Source: Octopus vulgaris
Lineage: Eukaryota
Assembly (NCBI GenBank): GCA_951406725.2
Contig: OX597814.1
Coordinates: forward strand, 220,038,001 to 220,102,000
Length of the DNA stretch: 64,000 bases
Direction of reading: 5' to 3'
Part shown: positions 51,576-62,988 of the stretch, in pieces
Layout of the letters: each line of letters starts with the position of its first letter
Position numbering within the stretch: position 1 is the stretch's first letter
Translations under genes and position numbers: made by a program
Notes under the pieces: generated by a model
The model's database searches: none
The model's input: the letters and a program-made list of their open reading frames with translations, nothing else
Told to the model about the DNA's origin: nothing

Positions 51576-52230
51576 CCTTTTGTTACAACCTGAAGTAAAA
51601 GCTTTTTCTCTAGTTGGTGAATATCTTAGCAATTACAGATCCTCTTTCTCCACTGCTAATTAGATTACCCAGGTAACAGAAACTGTCTACTGCTTCTAAA
51701 AATCCTCCTGGATATTCAAGAAAATCTATTTCCTGTGTGTTCCTAGTGTTTATTGCTTCTGCACATCTACCACAAACAAAGTCTACTTTGGTAATCTTCC
51801 AGTGATTCCACTGCACTCATGTGTCCATAATTTGCACTGGGTTCACCATATGGAATTACTATCAGGGCTATTGTTCCTGAAAGGATACGCATATTACCTG
51901 GTTCCTTGCTTACTAGGACTTTGGTCTTTCCTAATTTAACTTTAAGGCCCTCTGATTCCAGATAACCATTTTGGATATTAGAAGAAGATCAACATCATAA
52001 AGGAGTTTCCATAGGCAGCCGACCTTAAACTCCTCTGTTAAGGCCTGGAGGACAATGGTACATTGAAGGGAACTGAGAGTCTAAGCCAGGTGAACTACCG
52101 GCACTAAATTTATCCCTATACACATTGTTAACTCTCACTTTACTGACAGCATCCCTGCACATGGATTGGATAGCTCTGACCTATCATTTATCTACTACTA
52201 GCTTCTGCAGCAACCAACAGATTAGGAAAA
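51150..52230 (-). mobile_element. Degenerate RTE LINE
   Basis: ORF pieces DMQRLERNVASMLCWMCKVS...LREKLSIKRRLRGRVQERRL and LEAVDSFCYLGNLISSGE. Same family as the 14130 and 35114 fragments. Confidence 0.8.
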
Positions 52231-52343
52231 CATCTTCCTTTCTACTTCTTCCATTGCTAAATACACCTGTCACCTAGTCACTTTTCCTGCAACTTGATAC
52301 AATATAATTCACTGCTGCCTACATTCTTTGAATCCTTCCAAAC

Positions 52344-52713
52344 CTGCCAGTATAGCCCGGTGTTGCTCGGGTTTGTTTTCTTTTTGACCCTTTAGAATTG
52401 GAATTTTTTAAAAGTAAAACTTTTGCATTAAGTGAACATTTTTCTGGTTGAAATACACCAGAAAATGGTGACACAGCAGTAAAAAGAAATCGTAAAAAAT
52501 AAGGATTTTCATAGAAAAAATGCACCTTTTTGATGTAAATAATTTTTGGTCTTAACATGGTCTGATTTGAATTTTTTCTTCTACGGAATGAAGGACAAGC
52601 CTTCTTCTATCATACTTTCAATTTTGGTCAACTTGCACCACAGGGTCTTAGAGGAGATAGTATTAGTTGAAGGCTACCAAACCTGCCACACACACAGACA
52701 ACTTCAGCTTTAT

Positions 52714-52720
<7 letters not shown>
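52344..52720 (-). mobile_element. Degenerate non-autonomous Helitron
   Basis: CAGTATAGCCCGGTGTTGCTCGGGTTTG hairpin end and CACACAGACAACTTCAGCTTTATATAT opposite end, as in the 8102 and 43697 copies. Confidence 0.6.
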
Positions 52721-52770
<50 letters not shown>

Positions 52771-53915
52771 AACCTATAAACATATATGTACAAACACACA
52801 CATACATAGTTCTAAAATGAAGAATAATGAATTTACAGAATGAGAGAAATCACATATATTGAAAATAATATAGAACCTAAAATATTTCATAGAATTTAGA
52901 AAATAGGTAAAATAAAATACACATACACAAAATAAAAATTATCAAAATTAACTCAATGAAATATAAATCAAGAAGGAATTAAGCTTAACAAAATAATGAA
53001 TAAATAACAAAAGAAGCTTGAAAAGTATAAATAAAATACATAAAAATAAAAGTCTGCTCTGTTGTAAAAATGAATCGTTAGGCAGAGAGTCTTGTATTTT
53101 AGTGGAGGGGCACAGTCAATGTAATTGACTCCAACATTTGGGTAGCGTACTTATCAAACCCAGAAGAATGACAAGCAAATTTAACAATGGTAGGAAATGG
53201 TTAAATATTATAAGGTGTTTTATCTGGTACTCTGTCAATTTCTGCCAAAGTGACACTTTGGATGTGAACGGAAATATATAACCAAACAAAATGTCAAGAT
53301 TGAATAATCATAATATTAATAAAAATAAAGATAAAACAAGGAAATAAAACAAAACATTGAAAACAAAAAGAAATATAAAGAAAAATGAAGAAAAAAAGAA
53401 AACAAAGATAGTAGTGTTACTGGGGCAGGGCAGGGGTGGGTGTTGATTTATCAAAAATGCTAAGGGAAAAAAAAGGAATCTTTTGTGAGCCCCAAGCTCT
53501 TGACATAAATGTCTGTTTCTTTTCTTGAGACAGGGAGAAAAGTAGAGGGTGAGAGATAGATAGAGAGACAGAGAAGGTAAAAGTGATTGGAAGAGAGAAA
53601 GGGTAGAGGAATTGAGAACTATATATGTCTAGGCAATTAAAAAAAAAAGGACTAGGAAGTTGGCAATCTTTTACTTTTGCTAAGTAAGTCAAAAGGCATG
53701 CAGAAAAAAATCTAGATTAAATCATTACAGAAACGTGAGCCAGGCAAGCAAAAAACAATGTATGGCCTAAGAATTTGTGATAGTGAATCAAAGCATGTTC
53801 TGTGAGTTATGCATATTTAGTAGAAAGCTGCATGTTCTATAGAATTAAAGTAAGAAAATATACTGGCCAAATGTATAAGTAAATATAAGAGATATGTGTA
53901 TGTATATATATACAC

Positions 53916-53980
<65 letters not shown>

Positions 53981-53992
53981 CATACACATACA

Positions 53993-54044
<52 letters not shown>

Positions 54045-54056
54045 TGTATGTGTATG

Positions 54057-54093
<37 letters not shown>

Positions 54094-54123
54094 TGTATGT
54101 GTATGTATGTATGTACGTGTATA

Positions 54124-54162
<39 letters not shown>

Positions 54163-54742
54163 GAATGTGTGTGTGTGTGTGTATATATATCGATATAATG
54201 AGTGTGTATGTACAAATTTTGTCATTTGTTTGTTTGAGTTATGCATAAACTTATTTACTATTCACTTAATTCGGATTAAAAATTATTATTTTTTTTTTCT
54301 TTGTTTAATAGAAATTGTGGAATGGCAATCCTGCAAGCTGAGAAAATATGTTGAGGCTCACCACAGTCACAAACCTTCCTATATCCCTTCTTGTCACCTG
54401 AAAATCAAAACATTTGTCACAAGTATGGAGAAGCCGTTCTTGGAAGTTGGAATAACATTTCATCTCTTTCTATATTTGTGTGGGTTTTTTGAAGTTTTAA
54501 GATTCTTTAAAAACACATTGGACTATTTATACAGATACGTGTGTGTGCATGTACATATAGATACATATGAATTTATGTAAGTGAATATATGTGTGCGTAT
54601 TTAGATAAATTTGCATGGAGCTGAGCCACACTGTTATTAAATACACACAACACTTATTGAATGTGTTGAATATCATTTTTCACTTCCCAGTCACGCACAC
54701 ACACACACATATACACACACATACAACCATATGAATGTAAAT

Positions 54743-54815
54743 CACTCATGGTGGGATATGAACCCACGACCTCTGGATTAAAAGTCCAAAATGTTATCTT
54801 CTGAGCTACAGGGAC
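54743..54815 (-). pseudogene. tRNA-like pseudogene (resembles tRNA-Arg(TCT), with the loop now reading TTT)
   Basis: GTCCCTGTAGCTCAGAAGATAACATTTTGGACTTTTAATCCAGAGGTCGTGGGTTCATATCCCACCATGAGTG. The anticodon stem (TGGA/TCCA) and T stem (GTGGG/CCCAC) are intact, but the acceptor stem is mismatched and the T loop is non-canonical. Confidence 0.55.
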
Positions 54816-55357
54816 ATACAAGATACATATATATACACAAAACATAAACATGTACAAATTCTGGTGAATTAGAAAATAGTGGTGATTGAAATTTTATAAA
54901 TAGAATTATAGACCTTCAATGTTTATTGACTACAGAAAATAGTCAAATTTTAGGGCACATAAACCCCTGTAATAGAAAATGGTAAAGAATGGGTGTTAAG
55001 GCCAATTTTTTTCCATTACAGGAGTTTAGATGCCCTGATACTATTTTTTATAATTATATACTGCCTTTTAAGACCAACACGTTTGAATTGTAACTGTTGC
55101 AATAGCAGCCCTACTATAAAACGGTACAATCTTTTCAGGGCCTTAACTTGATATCCCTCAGTATGGCCGTTTAATGATTTCTTTTATAAATAAATTGTTT
55201 AAAATAGAGTTAAGTCAGATATGAACAATCTCTATTTCAAGGTCTTATTGGATAATCCTTTTCAGTATAGAAAATATTCTTTGAGTTAAGATCATAGTTT
55301 TGATGTTTATACCCTTTTTTTTGAAGGAGTAAGTATTCTCTGATATATATATATATA

Positions 55358-55971
55358 CGAGGGACGTTCAATAAGTAATGCCTCTGACCCACTTGCAGTT
55401 GTTTGATCTAGCTGAAATTTTGTATGTGCAATCATTTATATCTCTATAGAGTAAGTGGCAAATTACAGCTCTGAATTAATTGTGGTTTCTGATTTACAGG
55501 TGTTTGAACCGAGTCAAGTGTGAAATGGAGCCTGTTGAGTGTCGAGCAGTGATCCGGTTTTTGTATTTGAAAGGACGCACACCTCGGGAGACTTTTGATG
55601 AAATGAAAGTAACTTATGGTGATGATGGCCCATCATATGACCTTGTAAAACGCTGGCATCGTGAATTCAAACATGGTCGGAACTCTGTGGAAACAGCTCC
55701 CAGATCTGGTCGCCCCCTTCTGCCATTGATGAGGCATCTGTCCGTCAAGTTGAGGCTGCCATTTTGGAAGATCGACGCATAATTATTCGCCAAATAGCCC
55801 ATGAGGTCAAGATTAGTACCGGGTCTGTGGAAACTATCATTCATGACCATTTGCATATGCAAAAGGTGTCTGCCAGATGGATTCCCAGGTTGCTCACACC
55901 TTTCCAGAAGCAAGAACGCGTCGAGTGCTATGGGAAGTGGGTCAGGGGCATTACTTATTGAACGCCCCTCG
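55358..55971 (+). mobile_element. Internally deleted mariner element
   Basis: TA-flanked TIRs CGAGGGACGTTCAATAAGTAATGCCTCTGACCCACTT / AAGTGGGTCAGGGGCATTACTTATTGAACGCCCCTCG. It encodes the N-terminal HTH region (MEPVECRAVIRFLYLKG...RSGRP; KVSARWIPRLLT); the catalytic domain is missing. Confidence 0.92.
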
Positions 55972-56403
55972 TATATAGAAAGAGGGTTGTCTAAGAGTCA
56001 ATAAGTCAGGGAAATGATGCACTTGTATATATCCAAAATGTGCAGTATTATATGTATTCATCATAGCTGATCTTACCAATCGGTTTCACACAAGGAATAC
56101 AATATAGTGTTAGGTAACAATCCAATTATACAACCTTATGCTCATCAGAGTTAGCTGATATGTAAGAGAATATGGTGACTGCTCTCTATTGTCAGAGGTG
56201 AATTGCCACATCTGGTTTGCAGTTGCTGTGAAAAGGTAGGTGAAATGAAAAAGGGCAGGGGATTAGATTAGGAGTTATATCCCTTGGTTGGATTCACTGT
56301 ATAGCCGGTAAGAGATATCTTAAAGTGTTTGTGGGAGATATGTGCATTATTATGCGCAGTGCTCCTGTGGGGATGCAGTATGTGATGTGTAGTGCTCCCA
56401 TAT

Positions 56404-56605
56404 ACTGTTTTACTTGTTTCAGTCATTTGACTGCGGCCATGCTGGAGCACCGCCTTTAGTCGAGCAAATCGACCCAGGGACTTATTCTTTGTAAGCCCAG
56501 TACTTATTCTATCGGTCTCTTTTGCCGAACCGCTAAGTGACGGGGACGTAAACACACCAGCATCGGTTGTCAAGCAATGCTAGGGGGACAAACACAGACA
56601 CACAA

Positions 56606-56658
<53 letters not shown>

Positions 56659-56726
56659 TACGACAGGCTTTTTTCAGTCTCCGTCTACCAAATCCACTCA
56701 CAAGGCATTGGTCGGCCTGGGGCTAT
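56404..56726 (-). mobile_element. Family A SINE, head deleted
   Basis: The body matches the family and stops abruptly at GGGGCTAT. Confidence 0.88.
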
Positions 56727-56993
56727 AAATAACACCCCCTGACCCCCCCCCCAGAACACTAACAAAAATTTACTTCAATCAGTTCACTTCAAGGATGATC
56801 AATAATAATAATGCAATGTATATAATAATATATATATATATATGCAAACATATATATGTATATCAACGTTGATATAAGATCAACTTTTAGGTCATAGTTA
56901 GGAAGCAGGATAAATGCGAGTACATGTACTCACACTTTTCAATCAATTTATCTATCTATCTAGCTAGCTAACTGATATATGTATCTATCTATC

Positions 56994-57026
<33 letters not shown>

Positions 57027-57100
57027 TTATATATATATATATATATATACATTCATTCATATATATATATATACATTCATATATATATATATATACATTC

Positions 57101-57131
<31 letters not shown>

Positions 57132-57465
57132 CACACATATATATATATACATTCATATATATATACATGCATATATGTATACATATATATGTATACATAC
57201 ATATATACATGTATACATATGTATACATATACATATGTATAGATATATATATATAAACATTCCAGTTACCTGTATTTTTCGCTCTTACTAATACGTACCA
57301 CTCATGCATGTGCATTCAGTCATCCAGTACATAATAGTAAACAGACATACTGGGAATGTGTAGCAGCTATTGTTGTCTGTCGATCTATATCCTCTTTGCT
57401 TTCTGATTTGCTGTGTGTATATATACCTATATCTATCTATCTATCTATCTATATATATATAGATA

Positions 57466-57772
57466 GAGTTATATCGACCTTCTTGTTGATGTGTGCACTC
57501 CAACTGAATGCACACATCAACAAGAAGGTCGATATAGCTCGTAGGATGAGTTCCTGGATCTTAAGAACTTTCCGGTCCAGAGAACAAGGTGTCATCATAC
57601 CACTTTTCTCCTCCTTTGTACGGCCACACCTCGAATACTGCCGCCCACTGTGGTCTCCCCATACAAGATAAAACATCTCAAGGATTGAATCACCCCAGAG
57701 AGCACTCACAAAACGAATTGAAGGCATGGCTGCTCTCGATTATTGAGATCGCCTTAAAGCCTTGAAACTCTA
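57466..57772 (+). mobile_element. CR1-like LINE fragment with a 5' snap-back hairpin
   Basis: Reads AHINKKVDIARRMSSWILRTFRSRE...VRPHLEYCRPLWSPH, related to the 62985 LINE. 57466-57497 is the inverted copy of 57509-57540. Confidence 0.85.
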
Positions 57773-58025
57773 CGGGGACATAAACACACCAGCATCGGCT
57801 GTCAAGCAATGCTACAGGGACAAACACAGACACACAAACACACACACGCATACATATATATACATATATACGACGGGCTTCTTTCAGTTTCCGTCTACCA
57901 AATCCACTCACAAGGCTTTGGTTGGCCCGAGGCTATAGTAGAAGACACTTGCCCAAGGTGCCACACAGTGGGACTGAACCCGGAACCATGTGGTTGGTAA
58001 ACAAGCTACTTACCACACAGCCCCG

Positions 58026-58028
<3 letters not shown>
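57772..58028 (-). mobile_element. Family A SINE, 3' truncated
   Basis: Head and middle are present, fused to the CR1 fragment. Confidence 0.85.
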
Positions 58029-58062
<34 letters not shown>

Positions 58063-58339
58063 CAATAATCAATAAAAACTACTGAATTTTCTCTTCATAT
58101 TTTTGTCACGGTGCAAAAATTTTCATTGTACCTGGACACAAATGACGGTCTACAGGTTGCTGAACTGTTTATATGTGTGTTTGTTCTTACAACAAAAATT
58201 TTGGCATGTCAATGGAAATGAAAGGAAAGTGATTTTCAGTGTTTGTGTGTTTTTGAAAAGCTGAACTTATTTCTTTCATGATGTAACTATTCCAGTTTTA
58301 CAACCTCTTAGATCCAGTCATTTGCTAAACATTTCTGAA

Positions 58340-58374
<35 letters not shown>

Positions 58375-58399
58375 TATAAAGATATATATATATATACAT

Positions 58400-58561
58400 A
58401 CAGGAGTGGCTGTGTGGTAAGTAGCTTGTCTACCAACCACATGGTTCCGGGTTTAGTCCCACTGCGTGGCACCTTGGGCAAGTGTCTTCTACTATAGCCT
58501 CGGGCGGACCAAAGCCTTGTGAGTGGATTTGGTAGACGGAAACTGAAAGAAGCCCGTCGTA

Positions 58562-58609
<48 letters not shown>

Positions 58610-58825
58610 TGTGTGTGTGTGTTTGTGTTTGTCCCCCTAGCATTGCTTGACAACTGATGCTGGTGTGTTTATGTCCCCGTTACTTAGCGGTTCGGCAAAA
58701 GGGACCGATAGAATAAGTACTGGGCTTATAAAAGAATAAGTCCCGGGGTCGAGTTGCTCGATTAAAAGGCGGTGCTCCAGCATGGCCGCAGTCAAATGAC
58801 TGAAACAAGTAATAGAGTAATAGAG
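58400..58825 (+). mobile_element. Family A SINE
   Basis: Full body in plus orientation. Confidence 0.9.
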
Positions 58826-59198
58826 TATATATAAATATACATATATACATAAATAAGAGTTCTTTAGACATCCTAATGACATGGAAATATCATGCATTTC
58901 TTAGCACATGAATCAATAAAAATATTGTGGGCTCTGTGTTTGTTGCAAAATACATGTTTTAACATATAATTTTATTGCAACAAATACATTAAGGGGGGGG
59001 GGGTACTGCTAAGCAATTATCTTTTGATGTTAGTGAGAAGTTTCACGTATATGTCACTTTGCTTCATTTCATTCTTGGTGGTGGTGGTGGTGGGCACAAA
59101 TGGAGAGCTGACAAATTATTGTTTTGGATTTCCTGTATGGGTTGTTAGATCTTCTCTAGCACAACATATCACCAACAATTACATACATTCATACATTT

Positions 59199-59250
<52 letters not shown>

Positions 59251-59710
59251 AAAGTAAGGTAGGGGTTATGAAAGTAACCCACTATGGGATATCAGTTATC
59301 CAATATACTGCTGGTAAAGTACCCAAATACTAAGTACATAAATTCTTATAATTGCAATGCAATTAATTCATTTATTGTATTGAATGGGTGAAGGTAAAGA
59401 AATATTTTTACTGTAAATTTATAACACAAATAAGAAAATGGAGAAACAAATTCATTTCGATCATCAACTTACGGATATTACAATTTCATATTATTTATTA
59501 ATTATACAAAAAGGAACATGAAAAAGTATATGTTATCTGGGTAGATACTGTGTTGACTGAGTTAAATTCCAGTTAACAACTAACCACTTTGTCCAGTATT
59601 TAACTTCTGAGACTACAATTTGTTGCTAGTCACTCCATGAATTCTTCTCATGGGTTGTTCTGTGTACTCTTCACTAGACTGTAAAAATTGTCTTGAGTAT
59701 ATATTATTAT

Positions 59711-60096
59711 TACTCTTTTACTTGTTTCAGTCATTTGACTGCAGCCATGCTGGAGCACCGCCTTTTAGTCGAGCAAATCGACCCTGGGACTTATTCTTTG
59801 TAAGCCCAGTACTTATTCTATCGGTCTCTTTTGCCAAACCGCTAATTCACGGGGACGTAAACACACCAGCATCGGTTGTCAAGCAATGCTAGGGGGACAA
59901 ACACAGACACACAAACATATATATATATACATATATACGACGGGCTTCTTTCAGTTTCCGTCTACCAAATCCACTCACAAGGCATTGGTCGGCCCAGAGC
60001 TATAGCAGAAGACACTTACCCAAGATGCCATGCAGTGGGACTGAACCCGGAACCATGTGGTTGGTTAGCAAGCTACTTACCACAGAGCTACTCCTG
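59711..60096 (-). mobile_element. Family A SINE
   Basis: Near-identical to the other family A copies. Confidence 0.9.
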
Positions 60097-60482
60097 ATAA
60101 TAAAGAGTATTTTATAATTTTGCACTGCATATTAAAATGGCCTAGACATGTTTCCACACCACTGACTATTCATGGCAACAGATGCAACATTGCATTATTA
60201 TTATTGATCATCCTTGAAGTGAACTGATTGAAGTAAATTTTTGTTAGTGTTCTGGGGGGGGGGGGGGTTCAGGGGTGTTATTTACAGGCGTGTACTAACT
60301 AAACAAAAATTTGCTCCACTCAGTTTACTCCATGAATAACCAAATGGATTTACCCTGATAGAGCTGCACTGATAATGATGCAAGGTCACAGTGAAGTGGA
60401 AATACATGTAGGTCACTATAATATGCTGTATAAAATTATAGAATAATTATATATATATATACATATATATATATATACATAA

Positions 60483-60515
<33 letters not shown>

Positions 60516-60612
60516 AATATATATATATATATACACATAAATATATATATATATGTACACATAAATATATATATATATATGTACACATAAATATATATAT
60601 ATATATGTACAC

Positions 60613-60687
<75 letters not shown>

Positions 60688-60730
60688 AATATATATATAT
60701 ATACACATAAATATATATATATATATACAC

Positions 60731-60802
<72 letters not shown>

Positions 60803-60989
60803 TACTAAGCAATAAAGGGTTTAGCAACTAGTTGCCTTACCACATACCGAATTTAGAAATAGCAGTCAAAGAGTTATAGCTATTTCTTCTACTAAAAGGG
60901 AGATCTCAGTAAAAACAGCAATTGGAAGGCAGACACAAACAGGTAAGAGAGGATGAATTAACGGCAATCTATCATACAATTTTAAGTTA

Positions 60990-61090
60990 TCTACGGACGT
61001 ACGTTTCGAAATCAAGTCTTTAGGAAAGCATAAGAATTAAATGTTAAATAATTCTATCTTACCGAAAACTTCTTTTCTCTTCAGCGTAGA
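60990..61090 (-). ncRNA. Minimal type I hammerhead ribozyme (left arm, canonical core)
   Basis: Minus strand: TCTACG-CTGAAGA-GAAAAGAAGTTTT...AAGACTTGATTTC-GAAA-C-GTAC-GTC-CGTAGA. It has a 6-bp stem I, a paired stem II, palindromic stem-loop III ACGTACGT and a GUC cleavage triplet. Confidence 0.85.
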
Positions 61091-61234
61091 ATACTATAAT
61101 CATAAATGATTATATATTGAATTTTGAGATACTAGAAGGCATCAACTCAACTCAGTATCCGCTCTGATACTGAGTTGAGTTGATGCCTTCTAGTATCTCA
61201 AAATTCAATATATAATCATTTATGATTATAGTAT

Positions 61235-61336
61235 TCTACGCTGAAGAAGAAAAGAAGTTTTCGGTAAGATAGAATTATTTAACATTTAATTCTTATGCTT
61301 TCCTAAAGACTTGATTTCGAAACGTACGTCCGTAGA
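61235..61336 (+). ncRNA. Minimal type I hammerhead ribozyme (right arm, extra A after the core)
   Basis: TCTACG at 61235-61240, CTGAAGA at 61241-61247, an extra A, stem II, GAAA at 61319-61322, ACGTACGT, GTC at 61328-61330, CGTAGA at 61331-61336. Confidence 0.82.
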
Positions 61337-61624
61337 TAACTTAAAATTGTATGATAGATTGCCGTTAATTCATCCTCTCTTACCTGTTTGTGTCTGCCTT
61401 CCAATTGCTGTTTTTACTGAGATCTCCCTTTTAGTAGAAGAAATAGCTATAACTCTTTGACTGCTATTTCTAAGTTCGGTATGTGGTAAGGCAACTAGTT
61501 GCTAAACCCTTTATTGCTTAGTATTACTTAAATTTTCCTCAAATGAGGCTTTTACATGCCGAAGACTACTTGGTGTAATTGATAATTATTCCAAATTAAT
61601 TAATTTCACCCTTCATTATTACGG

Positions 61625-61655
<31 letters not shown>

Positions 61656-61910
61656 CACATAAATATATATATATATATACACATAAATATATATATATAT
61701 ATACACATAAATATATATATATATATACACATAAATATATATATATATACACATAAATATATATATATATATGTGTACACATAAATATATATATATATAT
61801 GTACACATAAATATATATATATATATACACATAAATATATATATATATATATGTACACATAAATATATATATATATATGTACACATAAATATATATATAT
61901 ATATGTACAC

Positions 61911-61977
<67 letters not shown>

Positions 61978-62007
61978 TATACACATAAATATATATATAT
62001 ATAACAC

Positions 62008-62097
<90 letters not shown>

Positions 62098-62099
<2 letters not shown>

Positions 62100-62342
62100 G
62101 AAGGTTTGGAGATGATGTACAGGTATTATATATTAGAAAAATTGAGGTAATCAGATCAGATGGTTCATATTTGTAGATATTTATTTATATATTACATTTT
62201 TTACATATATATCATATCATTCGGATTAGCGCTTGCTCCCATTCTAGTGGGTTTTCAAATCAAATCAGTTGTGGGTAGTTTGAACCTTTTTATAGTTTCG
62301 TAGTAGTGGGTGAGGAGGAAGTGAGACAGAGAGAAAATATGT

Positions 62343-62394
<52 letters not shown>

Positions 62395-62650
62395 GTGTGT
62401 GTGTGTGCGCATTTATATCTGAGAGTGAAGAAGTGTTATTTCCGTTGGTCTGCTGGACCCCCTGTGGTTTTATAAGAACTTTGGCTGTCCATTTCAATGT
62501 CACTGAGTGTGTGTTGTGCATAGGTTGGCCTGGCAACCTATGCACAACACACACTCAGTGACATTGAAATGGACAGCCAAAGTTCTTATAAAACCACAGG
62601 GGGTCCAGCAGACCAACGGAAATAACACTTCTTCACTCTCAGATATAAAT

Positions 62651-62710
<60 letters not shown>

Positions 62711-62928
62711 CACAATATTTTCTCTCTGTCTCACTTCCTCCTCACCCACTACTACGAAACTATAAAAAGGTTCAAACTACCCACAACTGATTTGATTTGA
62801 AAACCCACTAGAATGGGAGCAAGCGCTAATCCGAATGATATGATATATATGTAAAAAATGTAATATATAAATAAATATCTACAAATATGAACCATCTGAT
62901 CTGATTACCTCAATTTTTCTAATATATA
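62098..62928. mobile_element. Palindromic insertion: about 400-bp arms, 6-nt loop, about 30-bp tail on the left
   Basis: 62127-62527 is the reverse complement of 62534-62928 apart from the internal (TG)n/(CA)n tract. Both sides are flanked by (TA)n. Confidence 0.85.
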
Positions 62929-62943
62929 TATATATATATACAC

Positions 62944-62984
<41 letters not shown>

Positions 62985-62988
<4 letters not shown>

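Larger units (their letters stand above)
60800..61625. mobile_element. Palindromic hammerhead-bearing (PLE-like) insertion: 360-bp arms, 6-nt loop, about 100-bp tail
   Basis: 60800-61159 is the reverse complement of 61166-61526; I see one substitution and one 1-nt indel. The loop is CGCTCT. A single-copy tail at 61527-61625 follows, and (TA)n flanks both sides. Confidence 0.85.
60447..62984. repeat. Compound satellite ACACATAAAT(AT)n, interrupted by two palindromic insertions
   Basis: The same unit is seen at 60450-60797, 61626-62097 and 62929-62984. Confidence 0.9.
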
